Source: an uncultured virus (IMG/VR IMGVR_UViG_2799112289_000001) (lineage: Duplodnaviria > Heunggongvirae > Uroviricota > Caudoviricetes). Taken from it: a stretch of 64,000 bases of DNA. A program made the translations under genes and the position numbers. The notes beneath the pieces are model-generated. The model did not search any database. It worked only from the letters and a program-made list of their open reading frames with translations, and was not told the origin of the DNA. The stretch lies in the IMG/VR virus record IMGVR_UViG_2799112289_000001; one strand, written 5' to 3'. Positions 27,677-37,751 of the stretch are shown piece after piece; within the stretch, counting starts at the first letter, position 1; every line of letters begins with the position of its first letter.

Positions 27677-28906
27677 ATGGCATATTCAGAACAGTGGAAT
27701 GGCTATGTCGCCATCAAGGCGCAGAGCGGCAAAGGCACACCGGCTTCCGGCGCTGGCGGTTTGATCCTGTGGACCTCGGGCGGTCAAGGCGGCCAGCTGA
27801 CGAAACAGGCCGTGCAGTCGCAGCTTGTCCGCCACGATGCGCAGCAGCTGCGCGGTCGCCACGGCTCGCGCCGAACTGCCGGCGTCTACAATAGCGAATT
27901 GGCGATTGGCCGTGCTGACCCAGTTCTGGAAGCGATCATGCGCAGCGCCTGGTCGACCGCTGATTTGACTGCCACCCAGACCGATATGACGAGTGTGACG
28001 ACGACAACGAGCGCTATCGTCGCGGCGGCCGGCGACTGGATTGCGAAAGGCTTTCGTGTCGGTGACGTCATTCGTGCAACCGGCCTGACGGACGCGGCGA
28101 ACAATGGCCAGAATCTCCGCATCGTCGGTCTTACGACTTCGACGATCACCGTCGCCGAAACTCTTGTCGCTAATGCCACGCCGGACACGACTTTTTCGAT
28201 CATACGTCCTGGACGTGTGCTCCTGAATGGCGCGGCCGGCGCGCTCACGCGGTCCTACTTTACGGTTGAGGAATACGAATACGACCTCGACTCTTCGGAA
28301 GTATTTTCGGACTGCCGCTGGTCGCGTTTCGTCACACGTATGCAGCCGGATGGCCTGCTGGACACGGAATATAGCTGGACCGGCACGGGCGCTATGGATA
28401 CCGCAACCGGAGCTGCCGCACCGGTTTTCACGAATCCGACCGATCCCACTAACATCTCTCTGGCGGCAACCGAGGCCGTCATCCGGATGGGCAGCGATGA
28501 TGTTCTCGACCTGACGTCCTTCGATATCACGCTCGACCTGCAGCCGACCGCGCCGAACACTATCAGCCCCGGCGGCCTGGCGCCGGATGTATTCCTCGGC
28601 ACGTTCCAGTGCGCCATCAACCTGACCATGCTGCGCAAGGATTTGCAGGCACTCGCCGACTTCGAGGCGGAAACCCAGCTTTCGCTGCACCTGCTGTCTC
28701 AGTCGCATGATCCGGCGCCGGCCGACTTCTTCTCCCTCGTCGTGCCGAATTTTACGCTCGGTTCTGTAGCGAAGTCCGCTCTCAGCAAAGCGGGTGGCGC
28801 TCGCACCGTGACGATCGGCATCCCGAATGAACTGGTCGGCAAAGATACGCGCGGCGGCGCATTTGATGCGACCACCGTCAAAATGCAGGTCAGCAACGCG
28901 ACCTGA
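27677..28906 (+). CDS. Major tail tube protein with inserted domain
   Basis: Synteny; GFRVGDVIRATG..NNG insert. Confidence 0.8.
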   Translation: MAYSEQWNGYVAIKAQSGKGTPASGAGGLILWTSGGQGGQLTKQAVQSQLVRHDAQQLRGRHGSRRTAGVYNSELAIGRADPVLEAIMRSAWSTADLTATQTDMTSVTTTTSAIVAAAGDWIAKGFRVGDVIRATGLTDAANNGQNLRIVGLTTSTITVAETLVANATPDTTFSIIRPGRVLLNGAAGALTRSYFTVEEYEYDLDSSEVFSDCRWSRFVTRMQPDGLLDTEYSWTGTGAMDTATGAAAPVFTNPTDPTNISLAATEAVIRMGSDDVLDLTSFDITLDLQPTAPNTISPGGLAPDVFLGTFQCAINLTMLRKDLQALADFEAETQLSLHLLSQSHDPAPADFFSLVVPNFTLGSVAKSALSKAGGARTVTIGIPNELVGKDTRGGAFDATTVKMQVSNAT

Positions 28907-28928
28907 TTTCGCGAGAAAGGAGGCTGAC

Positions 28929-29330
28929 ATGGACCCTGTTGAAAAGGCCGTGCGCGACGCGGCCGAACAACTGCAAACGGCCGTCAATGCCGCCATCGAT
29001 GCCGGCTATCACGTGCTTTGGCCGCGACATGGTGCGCCCATCACCACGATCGCACTCAGCGTCACCGGCAAGATGACGGATTTCATCGCGTCCGGCGATC
29101 TGGAGCCGAATGAAATGCGGGTCTTCGATGCGCCCGCAAGACCGATTCCGACCGTAACCAATATCGACGGCTCGCCCATCGAACGCGATGCGGACGGGAC
29201 GATTCATGGTGCGCCGCTGAATCTGACCGATGAAGAGCGGGCCGCGCTTCCCCCGCTTGGCAACGTTGATCCAAGCGAACCGGCGGACATGGTCTTCGGA
29301 GTGCTCAAAGGTGCCCCGACGGCCACATAA
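28929..29330 (+). CDS. Hypothetical protein in tail operon
   Basis: AGGAGG RBS. Confidence 0.6.
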   Translation: MDPVEKAVRDAAEQLQTAVNAAIDAGYHVLWPRHGAPITTIALSVTGKMTDFIASGDLEPNEMRVFDAPARPIPTVTNIDGSPIERDADGTIHGAPLNLTDEERAALPPLGNVDPSEPADMVFGVLKGAPTAT

Positions 29331-29334
29331 AGAG

Positions 29335-29416
29335 ATCGGCTCCGACAGGCCGGTTTGCATTGCGCGCAATGGCGGGGAGATGTGTCGGCGTCTCCCCGCT
29401 TCCTTCCGACAAAGGA
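29335..29416 (+). promoter_or_regulatory. Structured cis-regulatory RNA with complementary loops upstream of tail chaperone
   Basis: Three hairpins with loops UCCGACAG, UGUCGG and CCGACA; last stem pairs UCCUU with the SD AAGGA. Confidence 0.65.
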
Positions 29417-29423
29417 TAAAATC

Positions 29424-29879
29424 ATGCCTATGAAAACCGAGACATCCGAGGTCGTTGACCTCTCTTTCTTCCTGACGACCGAAGAATCTGAACTGGAGAT
29501 CAACTCTCCCGATGGCAAGCCGACCGGTTGGAAAATCCGGCTCGCCAGCCCGGCCCATCCGCAGACCGTCGAATGGAACGAAAAATCCATGCGGCAGAAC
29601 CTGCATCGCCAGAAGCTGATCGAGCAGGCGCAGGTCAACGGCAAGAAATATATTGCCGAAGAGAAGACGCCCGACGAACAGCGCCGCGAAAACGTGGATT
29701 GGGTCGTTGCCCGCATCATCGATTGGACGCCGGTCAAGCTGCCTTGGGGCACGTTCTCCTTCTCTCGCAAGGCCGCTGAGGATCTGCTCGTTCGCCCGGA
29801 AATGAATTGGGCGCTGTCTCAGATCATGGAGGCGCTTGGCGAGGAAAAGCGTTTTATGAAGCGCTCCGCGACGGCCTGA
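29424..29879 (+). CDS. Tail assembly chaperone (gpG-like)
   Basis: Position before tape measure; AAGGA RBS. Confidence 0.8.
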   Translation: MPMKTETSEVVDLSFFLTTEESELEINSPDGKPTGWKIRLASPAHPQTVEWNEKSMRQNLHRQKLIEQAQVNGKKYIAEEKTPDEQRRENVDWVVARIIDWTPVKLPWGTFSFSRKAAEDLLVRPEMNWALSQIMEALGEEKRFMKRSATA

Positions 29880-30220
29880 CCGTCTACGCGGAGCGCGCAT
29901 TCGCTCTCGCGGTCGTGGGCGAAGATGGTTTCACCTATCGCGAGAGTATTACGGGGCAGTTGAACCGCACCCGCAACCCGAAACGGAAGGCGGAATTGGA
30001 GGGGGAGCTTTCCTTGCCGTCCTATCCGCTTCCCCTCGATTACCTCTGGTCGATTTATTCGCGGCTGCGGCGGCGGAAGGGTGGCGGGTTCTCTGGCCCT
30101 GCGCCGATCGAATGGACCGATATCGACGCCTTCTGTCGGATCGGCAAAATCACCCTGTCACCTTGGGAGATAGAGATCATCGAAAGCCTCGACGATCTCT
30201 ATCTCAGCACCGAACGGTAG
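29850..30220 (+). CDS. Tail chaperone extension (gpT-like), likely made by -1 frameshift
   Basis: Overlapping -1 frame without a good start; PIEWTDIDAF..WEIEII..LD motif. Confidence 0.7.
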
Positions 30221-30225
30221 CAAAT

Positions 30226-33200
30226 ATGGCGAACGAACAGCGCGTCGTAGAGCTTGTGATTGATGCCTCCGGCGTTGAAGCCGGAGCGCGTCGCGCAGAA
30301 GCTGCCTACGAGCACCTGGGGGACCGGGCATCTGCCGCGGCGGAAAAGGCCAAGGCGTCGTTTCAGGTGCAGTCGCAGGTTCTGTCCGCCAATTTGCCGA
30401 CGGCGATCGACCGCGCCGGCGCTGCCTATGATCGTTTACGCGCTAAGACAGATCCGGTTCTTGCTGCTCAATTGAAACTTGAGGGTGAGATGACTCGATC
30501 CCTCGGCGTGATCAATCGCGCCATCCTGCTCGGCGTCACGACCGAGGAGCGGGCCAATGCCGACATCACCAAGTTGCGCCAACAGCAGATCGCGGAGCTC
30601 GACGCCGTTCGCGCAGCATACGAGCGCACCAGTGATGTGCAGGTTAAGGCCGCAAACCAGAACCAGCGGGGCCTGTCGGAAGGCAATCGTGCGTTTATCG
30701 GACGCGATATCGCGTTTCAGGCGCAGGATGTTGTGACCACCGCAATCGGCGGCATGAGCCCGAAGACAATCGCTCTTCAGCAGGGGACTCAAATCGCCGG
30801 TGCCATCTCTGGCCTCACGCTTCGGGAGACGGGCTCCGCGCTGGCGGGGGCGGTGTCGAACCTTCTCAATCCAATCTCGCTCGTATCGATCGCTTTCACG
30901 GGCCTGGCGGCCGCCGGAATTCAATACTTCGACAAGTCCAGAGCCGGAGCGAAGACGCTCGACGATGCACTGAAGGCAAACAATGAAAACCTTCAAATCC
31001 TGAAAACGACCTATCGCGAGCTGAACTCGGAGATCTCCGGCAATCTTGGTGGCAACAGCGCCCCGAATGCCAATCTGCGCGCTAACGATATCGTCCAGCA
31101 GGCCGTCGCCCGTCAGGTAGGCAATAAGTATCTGGCGCAGATCGGCGGCCAGGGTGGGCTATTGTCCTATTTCGGCGCGCGGAGCACGCCAATCACCAGA
31201 CTGCAGAACTTGACGGGCTCACAGCAGCCATTTCAGCAGCCTATCAATGATCTCCTAGCCGGTGTTCGCAGCGGTACGACGGATTTCGAAAAATTTCAGG
31301 ATCAGGTCGAAAAGACGTATCAGACGTTGGCAAAAACATCTGACGGCAACAACGCGGCGCAGACGAATGCCAATCAATGGCGCGCCGCTGCTGACGCCGT
31401 TTTGGGTATGGCGGATAGTGCGCTGAAGGTCGACACATCGATCAAGGTGCTCGGCACGGATGGCAAGGAAACGTCGCAGTCGCTACGTCCATTTCAGGAT
31501 GCGATAAACCGTCTTAAGCTCGGCATGGCGGAAAACCATCCTGACTTTGTGCAATTCACGACCGATGTCGAAAAGATTGGTCAATCGACTGGCCTTCAGC
31601 AGGTCGCCGACCAGGTGATCGTTCTTGCAAAGGAACTACTGAACCTTAATCTGCGCATGCAGGAAACGGAAGTTCTGCAGAACAAGCTTTTCAACGATCG
31701 AGGTCCGAATGGTCGTTTGTTGTCTCAAGGCGCGACGAACGCCGCAGACGATAATCAGCTTGGCCTTTACCAATCGCAGCAGCGTGTGCAATTGGAGCGC
31801 AATCGGCAGGCCTTCAATTCGCAATTGGTCGGCATCACTGCGCGATCGCCCATCGAGCGCGGTGCCGCAGCTCGTGAGGCCGCTTCCGCGGAATACAACA
31901 ATGATGAAAGCCCTGTTCAGCGTCGTCAGCGGATTGACAACGCTGGAGAGCTAGCGCGGGCTCAAGCTCAAAACAGCCTTGATGAAGCGGCAAAGGAGCG
32001 CAAGCGCTCGCTCGATCAATCGATCGCCAGCCAGCAGCTGGAGCTGACCACCATCGGTAAGACTGGCGGCGAAGTCGCGGCACTGCGTATGCAATATCAG
32101 CTGACATCGCAGGTCGAGGCCGAGGCGGCGAAAAACAACGTCAGCGTCAACCAGCAGGAACTTGATCTCATCAAGCAGAAGTCTGCCGAATATGGGCAGC
32201 TCGCCGATCAGATATCGCGCGCCAATCTGCGCAATGATCTCCAGTTTGAACGCGATCAGCTCTACCGCAATCCCGTCGACCAGCAGATCGCCAGTCGCCA
32301 GCGTAGCGCGGGAATGACGGTTGACCTGAATTCGAGCGATGCGCAGTTCATGCGACAGACGGCGCAGATCGACGATGTTCGCACGAGCGTCAAAGGCTTC
32401 TTTACGGATTTTGAACAGCAGCTCGTCAGCAATGGCGGTAAAACCGGTCAGGCTCTCGGCACTGCCATCAAGGATGCGGCGCTCAATGCGCTGCAAAAGA
32501 TCGGCGACAAGGCGCTTGATAAGCTCACGAACTTCGTGACGGACATTTTCACGGGCGGCAAGCAATCCTCTGGTGCGGCGGGCGGCGGCATAGCCGGCGC
32601 CGGCGTCAATGCCGTTGCCTCGCTTCTTGGCGGTGCGGCGAACGACAATAAGAGTGGCGCGGCAGCACTTACCTCTAATGCCGGCGTCCAAGGGCAGATA
32701 TGGAACTTCTTCGCACAGAAGGGTCTCCAGCCGCATCAGATCGCCGGTATTATGGGCAACATCGGCGCCGAAAGCAGTTTCAATCCGAATGCTGTTGGCG
32801 ACAATGGCACCGCCTTCGGGCTGTTTCAGAACCATGCCGATCGCGGTGGTGGTTCCGGGCTTCTCGCGAGCGGCGTTCAAGGTCAGTTGGACCACGCATG
32901 GAATGAGCTGCAGGGACCGGAGAACAAGGCGTTCCAGGCGCTGCTGGCTTCGAAGGATGCACCTGGCGCTGCAGCGGCCTTCGCCGGCTTCGAACGACCG
33001 CGCGGCTTCAGTTGGGACAACCCGCAGGGGGCGGATAACTTCGCAGGCCGTCTGAATGGCGCGGAATCGGCACTCGCCAAATTCGGCAGCACGACGAGTG
33101 CCGCGACTCAGGGTGTCGGACAGCTCGGAACGGGACTAGGGCAGCTCGGGCAGTCGTTGGCGTCAAGCGCGTTCCCCGCTGCGCCACAGGCGGGCGGCGG

Positions 33201-33717
33201 CGGTGGCATTGGTGGCTTTTTGACCAGCCTCTTTGCGCCATCGTCCAGCTCCATTCTTGCGGGCTCGGCGCAGGCGCGCGCAGCCCTCGCAAGTGGCAGC
33301 GCTGGCCTATTCGATCGCGGTGGCTTTACCGGTGTCGGTGGCGTCAATGACCCGGCCGGTATCGTTCACCGCGGCGAAGTCGTTTGGAGCCAGCGCGACG
33401 TCGCGCGCGCCGGCGGTGTGGCAGCGGTCGAGGGCATGCGGCTGGGCTATCGCGGCTATGCCAGCGGCGGCCCCGTCGCTGTGCCGCCGATCCGGCCTGG
33501 GCCGGCCAATAGCAACGGCAATCCTGGGGGTGGCAATATGAAAGTCGACGTCGGCGTATCGGTCGACAACAATGGTAATCTCCAGGCCTATGTCAAAAAC
33601 ACCTCACGCGACCAGGCAACGCAGGTCAGCCAACAGGGCATTGCCGACTATGGCGAAGCGCAACGCCGGGGCGGCTTTGGGGCCGTCCAGAGCAAGTGGG
33701 TTTCGCAAAGGAGTTGA
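30226..33717 (+). CDS. Tape measure protein with phage tail lysozyme domain
   Basis: Long Ala/Gln helical protein, QQGTQI; IAGIMGNIGAESSFNP..AFGLFQ..FERP. Confidence 0.92.
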   Translation: MANEQRVVELVIDASGVEAGARRAEAAYEHLGDRASAAAEKAKASFQVQSQVLSANLPTAIDRAGAAYDRLRAKTDPVLAAQLKLEGEMTRSLGVINRAILLGVTTEERANADITKLRQQQIAELDAVRAAYERTSDVQVKAANQNQRGLSEGNRAFIGRDIAFQAQDVVTTAIGGMSPKTIALQQGTQIAGAISGLTLRETGSALAGAVSNLLNPISLVSIAFTGLAAAGIQYFDKSRAGAKTLDDALKANNENLQILKTTYRELNSEISGNLGGNSAPNANLRANDIVQQAVARQVGNKYLAQIGGQGGLLSYFGARSTPITRLQNLTGSQQPFQQPINDLLAGVRSGTTDFEKFQDQVEKTYQTLAKTSDGNNAAQTNANQWRAAADAVLGMADSALKVDTSIKVLGTDGKETSQSLRPFQDAINRLKLGMAENHPDFVQFTTDVEKIGQSTGLQQVADQVIVLAKELLNLNLRMQETEVLQNKLFNDRGPNGRLLSQGATNAADDNQLGLYQSQQRVQLERNRQAFNSQLVGITARSPIERGAAAREAASAEYNNDESPVQRRQRIDNAGELARAQAQNSLDEAAKERKRSLDQSIASQQLELTTIGKTGGEVAALRMQYQLTSQVEAEAAKNNVSVNQQELDLIKQKSAEYGQLADQISRANLRNDLQFERDQLYRNPVDQQIASRQRSAGMTVDLNSSDAQFMRQTAQIDDVRTSVKGFFTDFEQQLVSNGGKTGQALGTAIKDAALNALQKIGDKALDKLTNFVTDIFTGGKQSSGAAGGGIAGAGVNAVASLLGGAANDNKSGAAALTSNAGVQGQIWNFFAQKGLQPHQIAGIMGNIGAESSFNPNAVGDNGTAFGLFQNHADRGGGSGLLASGVQGQLDHAWNELQGPENKAFQALLASKDAPGAAAAFAGFERPRGFSWDNPQGADNFAGRLNGAESALAKFGSTTSAATQGVGQLGTGLGQLGQSLASSAFPAAPQAGGGGGIGGFLTSLFAPSSSSILAGSAQARAALASGSAGLFDRGGFTGVGGVNDPAGIVHRGEVVWSQRDVARAGGVAAVEGMRLGYRGYASGGPVAVPPIRPGPANSNGNPGGGNMKVDVGVSVDNNGNLQAYVKNTSRDQATQVSQQGIADYGEAQRRGGFGAVQSKWVSQRS

Positions 33718-34451
33718 TGATGGTCGATTATGTCTCGGATGTTCCGGATCTTCTCGTCGATTTCATCATGCCGACAGGAATGTCGTTCGACGTTCCTGGC
33801 GGCTCGATCGATGGCGGACGCAATGCGCTCGGCGAATCGTCATCGATCAGCATGAGCGGCGGCGGCCTCGTTGTCGGCTCTTACAAGAACTGCTTCATTC
33901 ATGATCCGGAACAGCATGAATATATCAACTGGCTCGGCGCTCATCTGAATGACGCGACTCGCTTCATCAATGTGCCGATCCTGACGGATTGGGCGGGCCC
34001 ATTCCCGCGGACTAACGGCATACCGCAGGCGATCGTCTCTGGTATCCCTCATTCGGATGGATCGCTATTTTCAGATAGCTCCGGCTATAGCCAGGCGACG
34101 GTTTGGGGCGAACTCACGGAAGATGCGCCGCTCAATGCGGGCATAATCAATATGCGCGTCTTCGGAGCTGCCCGGCCGCTACGTTGGTCCGACTGGTGCT
34201 CGATCCTTCATCCGACCAAGGGCTGGCGGATGTGGCGGTATAGAAAGGTTCTCAGTCAAACGGACGAGGCCAATCCTGTCTATCAGCTCGCAATCACGCC
34301 GCCGTTGCGCGAAGCGGTATCTGCCGGCACGCGCGTCGAGCTTGCTCGCCCGAAATGCGTGATGAAATTCCCCTCTGGCTTCACGCTGCCTTGGGAGATT
34401 GAAGGTTTTTACATGGCGTCGCCGACCATCCAATTCGTCGAGGCGTTTTGA
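33717..34451 (+). CDS. Distal tail protein
   Basis: Directly after TMP; ends FVEAF. Confidence 0.65.
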   Translation: MMVDYVSDVPDLLVDFIMPTGMSFDVPGGSIDGGRNALGESSSISMSGGGLVVGSYKNCFIHDPEQHEYINWLGAHLNDATRFINVPILTDWAGPFPRTNGIPQAIVSGIPHSDGSLFSDSSGYSQATVWGELTEDAPLNAGIINMRVFGAARPLRWSDWCSILHPTKGWRMWRYRKVLSQTDEANPVYQLAITPPLREAVSAGTRVELARPKCVMKFPSGFTLPWEIEGFYMASPTIQFVEAF

Positions 34452-35050
34452 TGGGCTATGTTCCGGACTCGATCATTGCGGCGATGCGCGGCAGCTATCA
34501 GCTCGGTATCTTTCTGCGGCTCGCGACCGATCCGGCGTTGCACGTCTGGTTCGGCATCAATGATATTCCTGCCGGTTTCGATAGTATCGACCCCAGTGGA
34601 ACGGTCTACAATGGTGGCGGCTTGCTGGTCGGCGTGCCAGCGCTGGAGATCCTGGTCAATGGCGCCGCCGACAATGTCGATTTCACCTTATCCGGGATCA
34701 ATCCCGCGACGGCGTCGAAAACGATCGACAGCATCCCGCCTGTGCGAGGCGCCACCCTGCATATGGGGCTGACGACGCTCGATCAATATTATCAGCCGAT
34801 GAGCCCCATCATCCCGATCTGGCGCGGCATCGCCTCCCATGTCGGGGAATCGCGCCCTACGGTGCAGGGCGCAGCGTCGCCGAGCACGACTTTGAACCTG
34901 TCCGTGGTCACCGGCGAAGCGACACGCTCGCGTCCCGCCTATTCGCTCTGGTCATCTGCGCAGCAGAAGGCACTATCTTCGACTGACCTCTTCTGCGACG
35001 GAACCTCGCGCCTGGCGCGCGGCGTCTTACCCGTTTGGCCGAACTACTGA
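34451..35050 (+). CDS. Tail tip/hub protein
   Basis: Synteny. Confidence 0.6.
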   Translation: MGYVPDSIIAAMRGSYQLGIFLRLATDPALHVWFGINDIPAGFDSIDPSGTVYNGGGLLVGVPALEILVNGAADNVDFTLSGINPATASKTIDSIPPVRGATLHMGLTTLDQYYQPMSPIIPIWRGIASHVGESRPTVQGAASPSTTLNLSVVTGEATRSRPAYSLWSSAQQKALSSTDLFCDGTSRLARGVLPVWPNY

Positions 35051-35057
35051 GGCAATC

Positions 35058-35471
35058 ATGACCCTGCTGGAATTCCTGCAACTGCCCCATCGCTTTCGGT
35101 GGGGCGGGAAAGACGGTATCGACGACGACTGCCTGACCTTCCTCGCCAGCTATATTGCGGCGATGATCGGCGTCGACCCTGCGGCCGATCTGCGCGGCAC
35201 CTATCGCACCGAAGATCAGGCGCATGAGATCGTGACGGAATATGGCGGTATGGTTCCCTTCGTCGCAGCCAAGGTCGAGCCGGATCTAGCGTACCGAGTG
35301 GGCACGCCGGAAACTGGCGATATCGCCATAATCCGCGCGCCAGCCGGCTTCGAAGGCAACATCAAAGAGATCGGCGCCATCTGCTTCGGGCCGATATGGG
35401 CAACCCTTGGTCCCGGCGGTGTCGTCGGCAAAAAAGCGGTGTGCGTCGCGGCTTGGAGGTTGCTGCCTTGA
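35058..35471 (+). CDS. NlpC/P60-like tail assembly protein
   Basis: FRWG..DCLTF..GVDPA..RGTY..GD. Confidence 0.65.
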   Translation: MTLLEFLQLPHRFRWGGKDGIDDDCLTFLASYIAAMIGVDPAADLRGTYRTEDQAHEIVTEYGGMVPFVAAKVEPDLAYRVGTPETGDIAIIRAPAGFEGNIKEIGAICFGPIWATLGPGGVVGKKAVCVAAWRLLP

Positions 35472-37684
35472 TCCGCGGTTCTCAATTTGAAACCGAGACA
35501 TCGGCCGAAATCCTGCGCCGGATCCGCATGCACGATTTGCAGTCCAGTACCTTTTTCAAAGGACAGGGCGAACGCTACGACCCAATCTTCACGCCTATCT
35601 TTGTCTCGCTCGGCTTTACTGGTTCGATCACGATTGGCACAGCGACTATCACGACAGCTTCGCTGGCAGCGGCGATCGCGACGACGGCCTTAACGGTTGG
35701 CGTCCAGATGCTTCTGGCGCCGAAGCCACCGAAAGCGGAAAGCGGCAAGATCCCGGTGTCGCAATCGATCCCCTATCGGATCTGGGCGGTCGGCACATGT
35801 CGTCTCGCGGGCGCCCTGATGATGAAGGAGGCAGTCAGCACGCGGCTTGGTTCCGTCCAGGCTATGTGCGGACATCGCATTCATCAGTATCGGCGCTTCT
35901 GGCTGCATGACGACGTCATCACCCAGAATGTAGACAATACCGTCGAGGCACTGGCGGATGGCCGCTATGGCGACGGAAAGATCTCGATCTGGTCGCGCCT
36001 CGGCGCAGCGACCGAAACTGCCTATTCCGATCTCGTCACTTATTTCGGGCCGGACGGGATATGGACCAACAATCATCGCGGCGACGGGCAGGCCAGTCTT
36101 GCAATGATCGCCAACAATGCGAAGCAGAAGGAACAAGCCAAACGGTTTCCCTACGGTGCACCGCAGCTGACAGCCGAAGGCGATTGGGCGCTGGTTTGGG
36201 ATTTTCGCGACCCTGAGCAGGACCCGAACAACGACCTGACTTGGAAATTCTCACGCAACTCAGTGCTGATCCTGGCATGGCATATCTGCTTCAACCCCTT
36301 CGGGTTTCACCGCGATTATCGCACGGCTCTGCTTCCTGTCCTCGATATGTGGATCGAGGACGCCGATATCTGCGACGAGGACGTCGCGATTACAGGCGGC
36401 GGTACAGAAAAGCGGTATGAATGTGCCGGCTTCGACACCACGGAAAACAGCCCAAAGGTCGGACTGAATTCTATCCTCGCCAGCTGCGACGGCTGGATCT
36501 GTGAGCGCGGCGACGGCGCGGTGTTGATCACGGTCGGCAAGTTCCGTGAAAGCCGTGTCGAGACGCTAAGCGAAGAGGATATTACCGGCCACCAGGTGCA
36601 ATATAACGTCCTGTTTGAGGACGAATGCAATCGGCTCGTCGCGAAGTTCAATTATCCCGCCACGGACTATACCACCTCGGACGTGGACTTTTTTGAGGAT
36701 GTCGACGCACAGATTGCGGCCGGTCGCGTCCTTACTCAGGAGATGGATCTATCCTGGGTAACGCAATGGCGCCAGGCGCGCCGTCTTGGCCTGCGTGAGT
36801 GGTTGCGTAGACAGCAGCCGGTCAATGGCTCGCTCGATGTCCGCCTTTCCGGCATCAACGCGGTCTATAGTCGCTGGGTGCGGCTCTCGACGCCAAGTCT
36901 GTTGCCGAAGCTTGACAGCAAGGTGATCGAAAACAAGCGGTCGCTGCTCGCCCTGACCAAGGGCGGCTTTACCATGGATTTCGGCCAGCATCCCGATGAC
37001 ATTGACGATCTGCCTGAAGGATACGAGGGCGCTCAGCCGCCGGTTCCGTCGAAACCGAACGCCGCGGGGCTCGACGAGCCGGTGATCTCCAATGTCGCCG
37101 CCATCGCGAATAACGGCACGGTCTATGTTCGGGTGACGATCAACGACCCGGCCGACGACAGCCTAACCCCTTCAATCCGCTGGCGCCTCGCCGATGACGG
37201 CTCCGGCTTGCCGGGGGTGTGGACTGAAATACAGTTTCCGGACGCTGTGCCGACGAGCGGTTCGATCGTACTCAACTCCTCGGCATTGCCCGCCGACCAG
37301 GCTACTGAAATCGAGGCGGCATTCATTGATGGCACTGGAAGATATTCGGAATGGACGTCAACGGAGGACGTCGTCACGACTTCCGACCCAACGCCGCCGG
37401 GCAGCGTGAGCAGCGTGTCTGTTAGCACCGGTACCGGCGAGGCAACGTTCAACTGGACGGCTCCGAACTCTCCCAATTACGCGGCGGCGCGCATGTTTTG
37501 GAATACCGTCGATAATTTCAGCACTGCGAGCGCCGTCAGTCCACCCGAATATGGCTCAGCTGGTTCATTCGACAGTCGAACTTTCCCTCTGACCGCCGGC
37601 GTCCGCTATGGCTGGATTGTCGCCATCAACCGTTCCGGCGTTCCCGCGGCGGAAGTCCCGACCGGGGCATTCACCGTCGCCTGA
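35468..37684 (+). CDS. Central tail tip / host specificity protein with Fn3-like C-terminus
   Basis: Size, synteny, DPTPP..WTAP Fn3-like segment. Confidence 0.75.
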   Translation: MIRGSQFETETSAEILRRIRMHDLQSSTFFKGQGERYDPIFTPIFVSLGFTGSITIGTATITTASLAAAIATTALTVGVQMLLAPKPPKAESGKIPVSQSIPYRIWAVGTCRLAGALMMKEAVSTRLGSVQAMCGHRIHQYRRFWLHDDVITQNVDNTVEALADGRYGDGKISIWSRLGAATETAYSDLVTYFGPDGIWTNNHRGDGQASLAMIANNAKQKEQAKRFPYGAPQLTAEGDWALVWDFRDPEQDPNNDLTWKFSRNSVLILAWHICFNPFGFHRDYRTALLPVLDMWIEDADICDEDVAITGGGTEKRYECAGFDTTENSPKVGLNSILASCDGWICERGDGAVLITVGKFRESRVETLSEEDITGHQVQYNVLFEDECNRLVAKFNYPATDYTTSDVDFFEDVDAQIAAGRVLTQEMDLSWVTQWRQARRLGLREWLRRQQPVNGSLDVRLSGINAVYSRWVRLSTPSLLPKLDSKVIENKRSLLALTKGGFTMDFGQHPDDIDDLPEGYEGAQPPVPSKPNAAGLDEPVISNVAAIANNGTVYVRVTINDPADDSLTPSIRWRLADDGSGLPGVWTEIQFPDAVPTSGSIVLNSSALPADQATEIEAAFIDGTGRYSEWTSTEDVVTTSDPTPPGSVSSVSVSTGTGEATFNWTAPNSPNYAAARMFWNTVDNFSTASAVSPPEYGSAGSFDSRTFPLTAGVRYGWIVAINRSGVPAAEVPTGAFTVA

Positions 37685-37751
37685 CCTGATCAACCATCAT
37701 CGTAATTTGCCTCTGGCCGAAAGTCGGAGCGCTTTCGCATGGGATATCCAT

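Noticed and set aside
26248..28996. Long minus-strand ORFs (465 aa, 436 aa; likewise 13564-14766 and 9745-10635)
   Set aside because: Antisense shadows of high-GC genes, with no motifs or RBS
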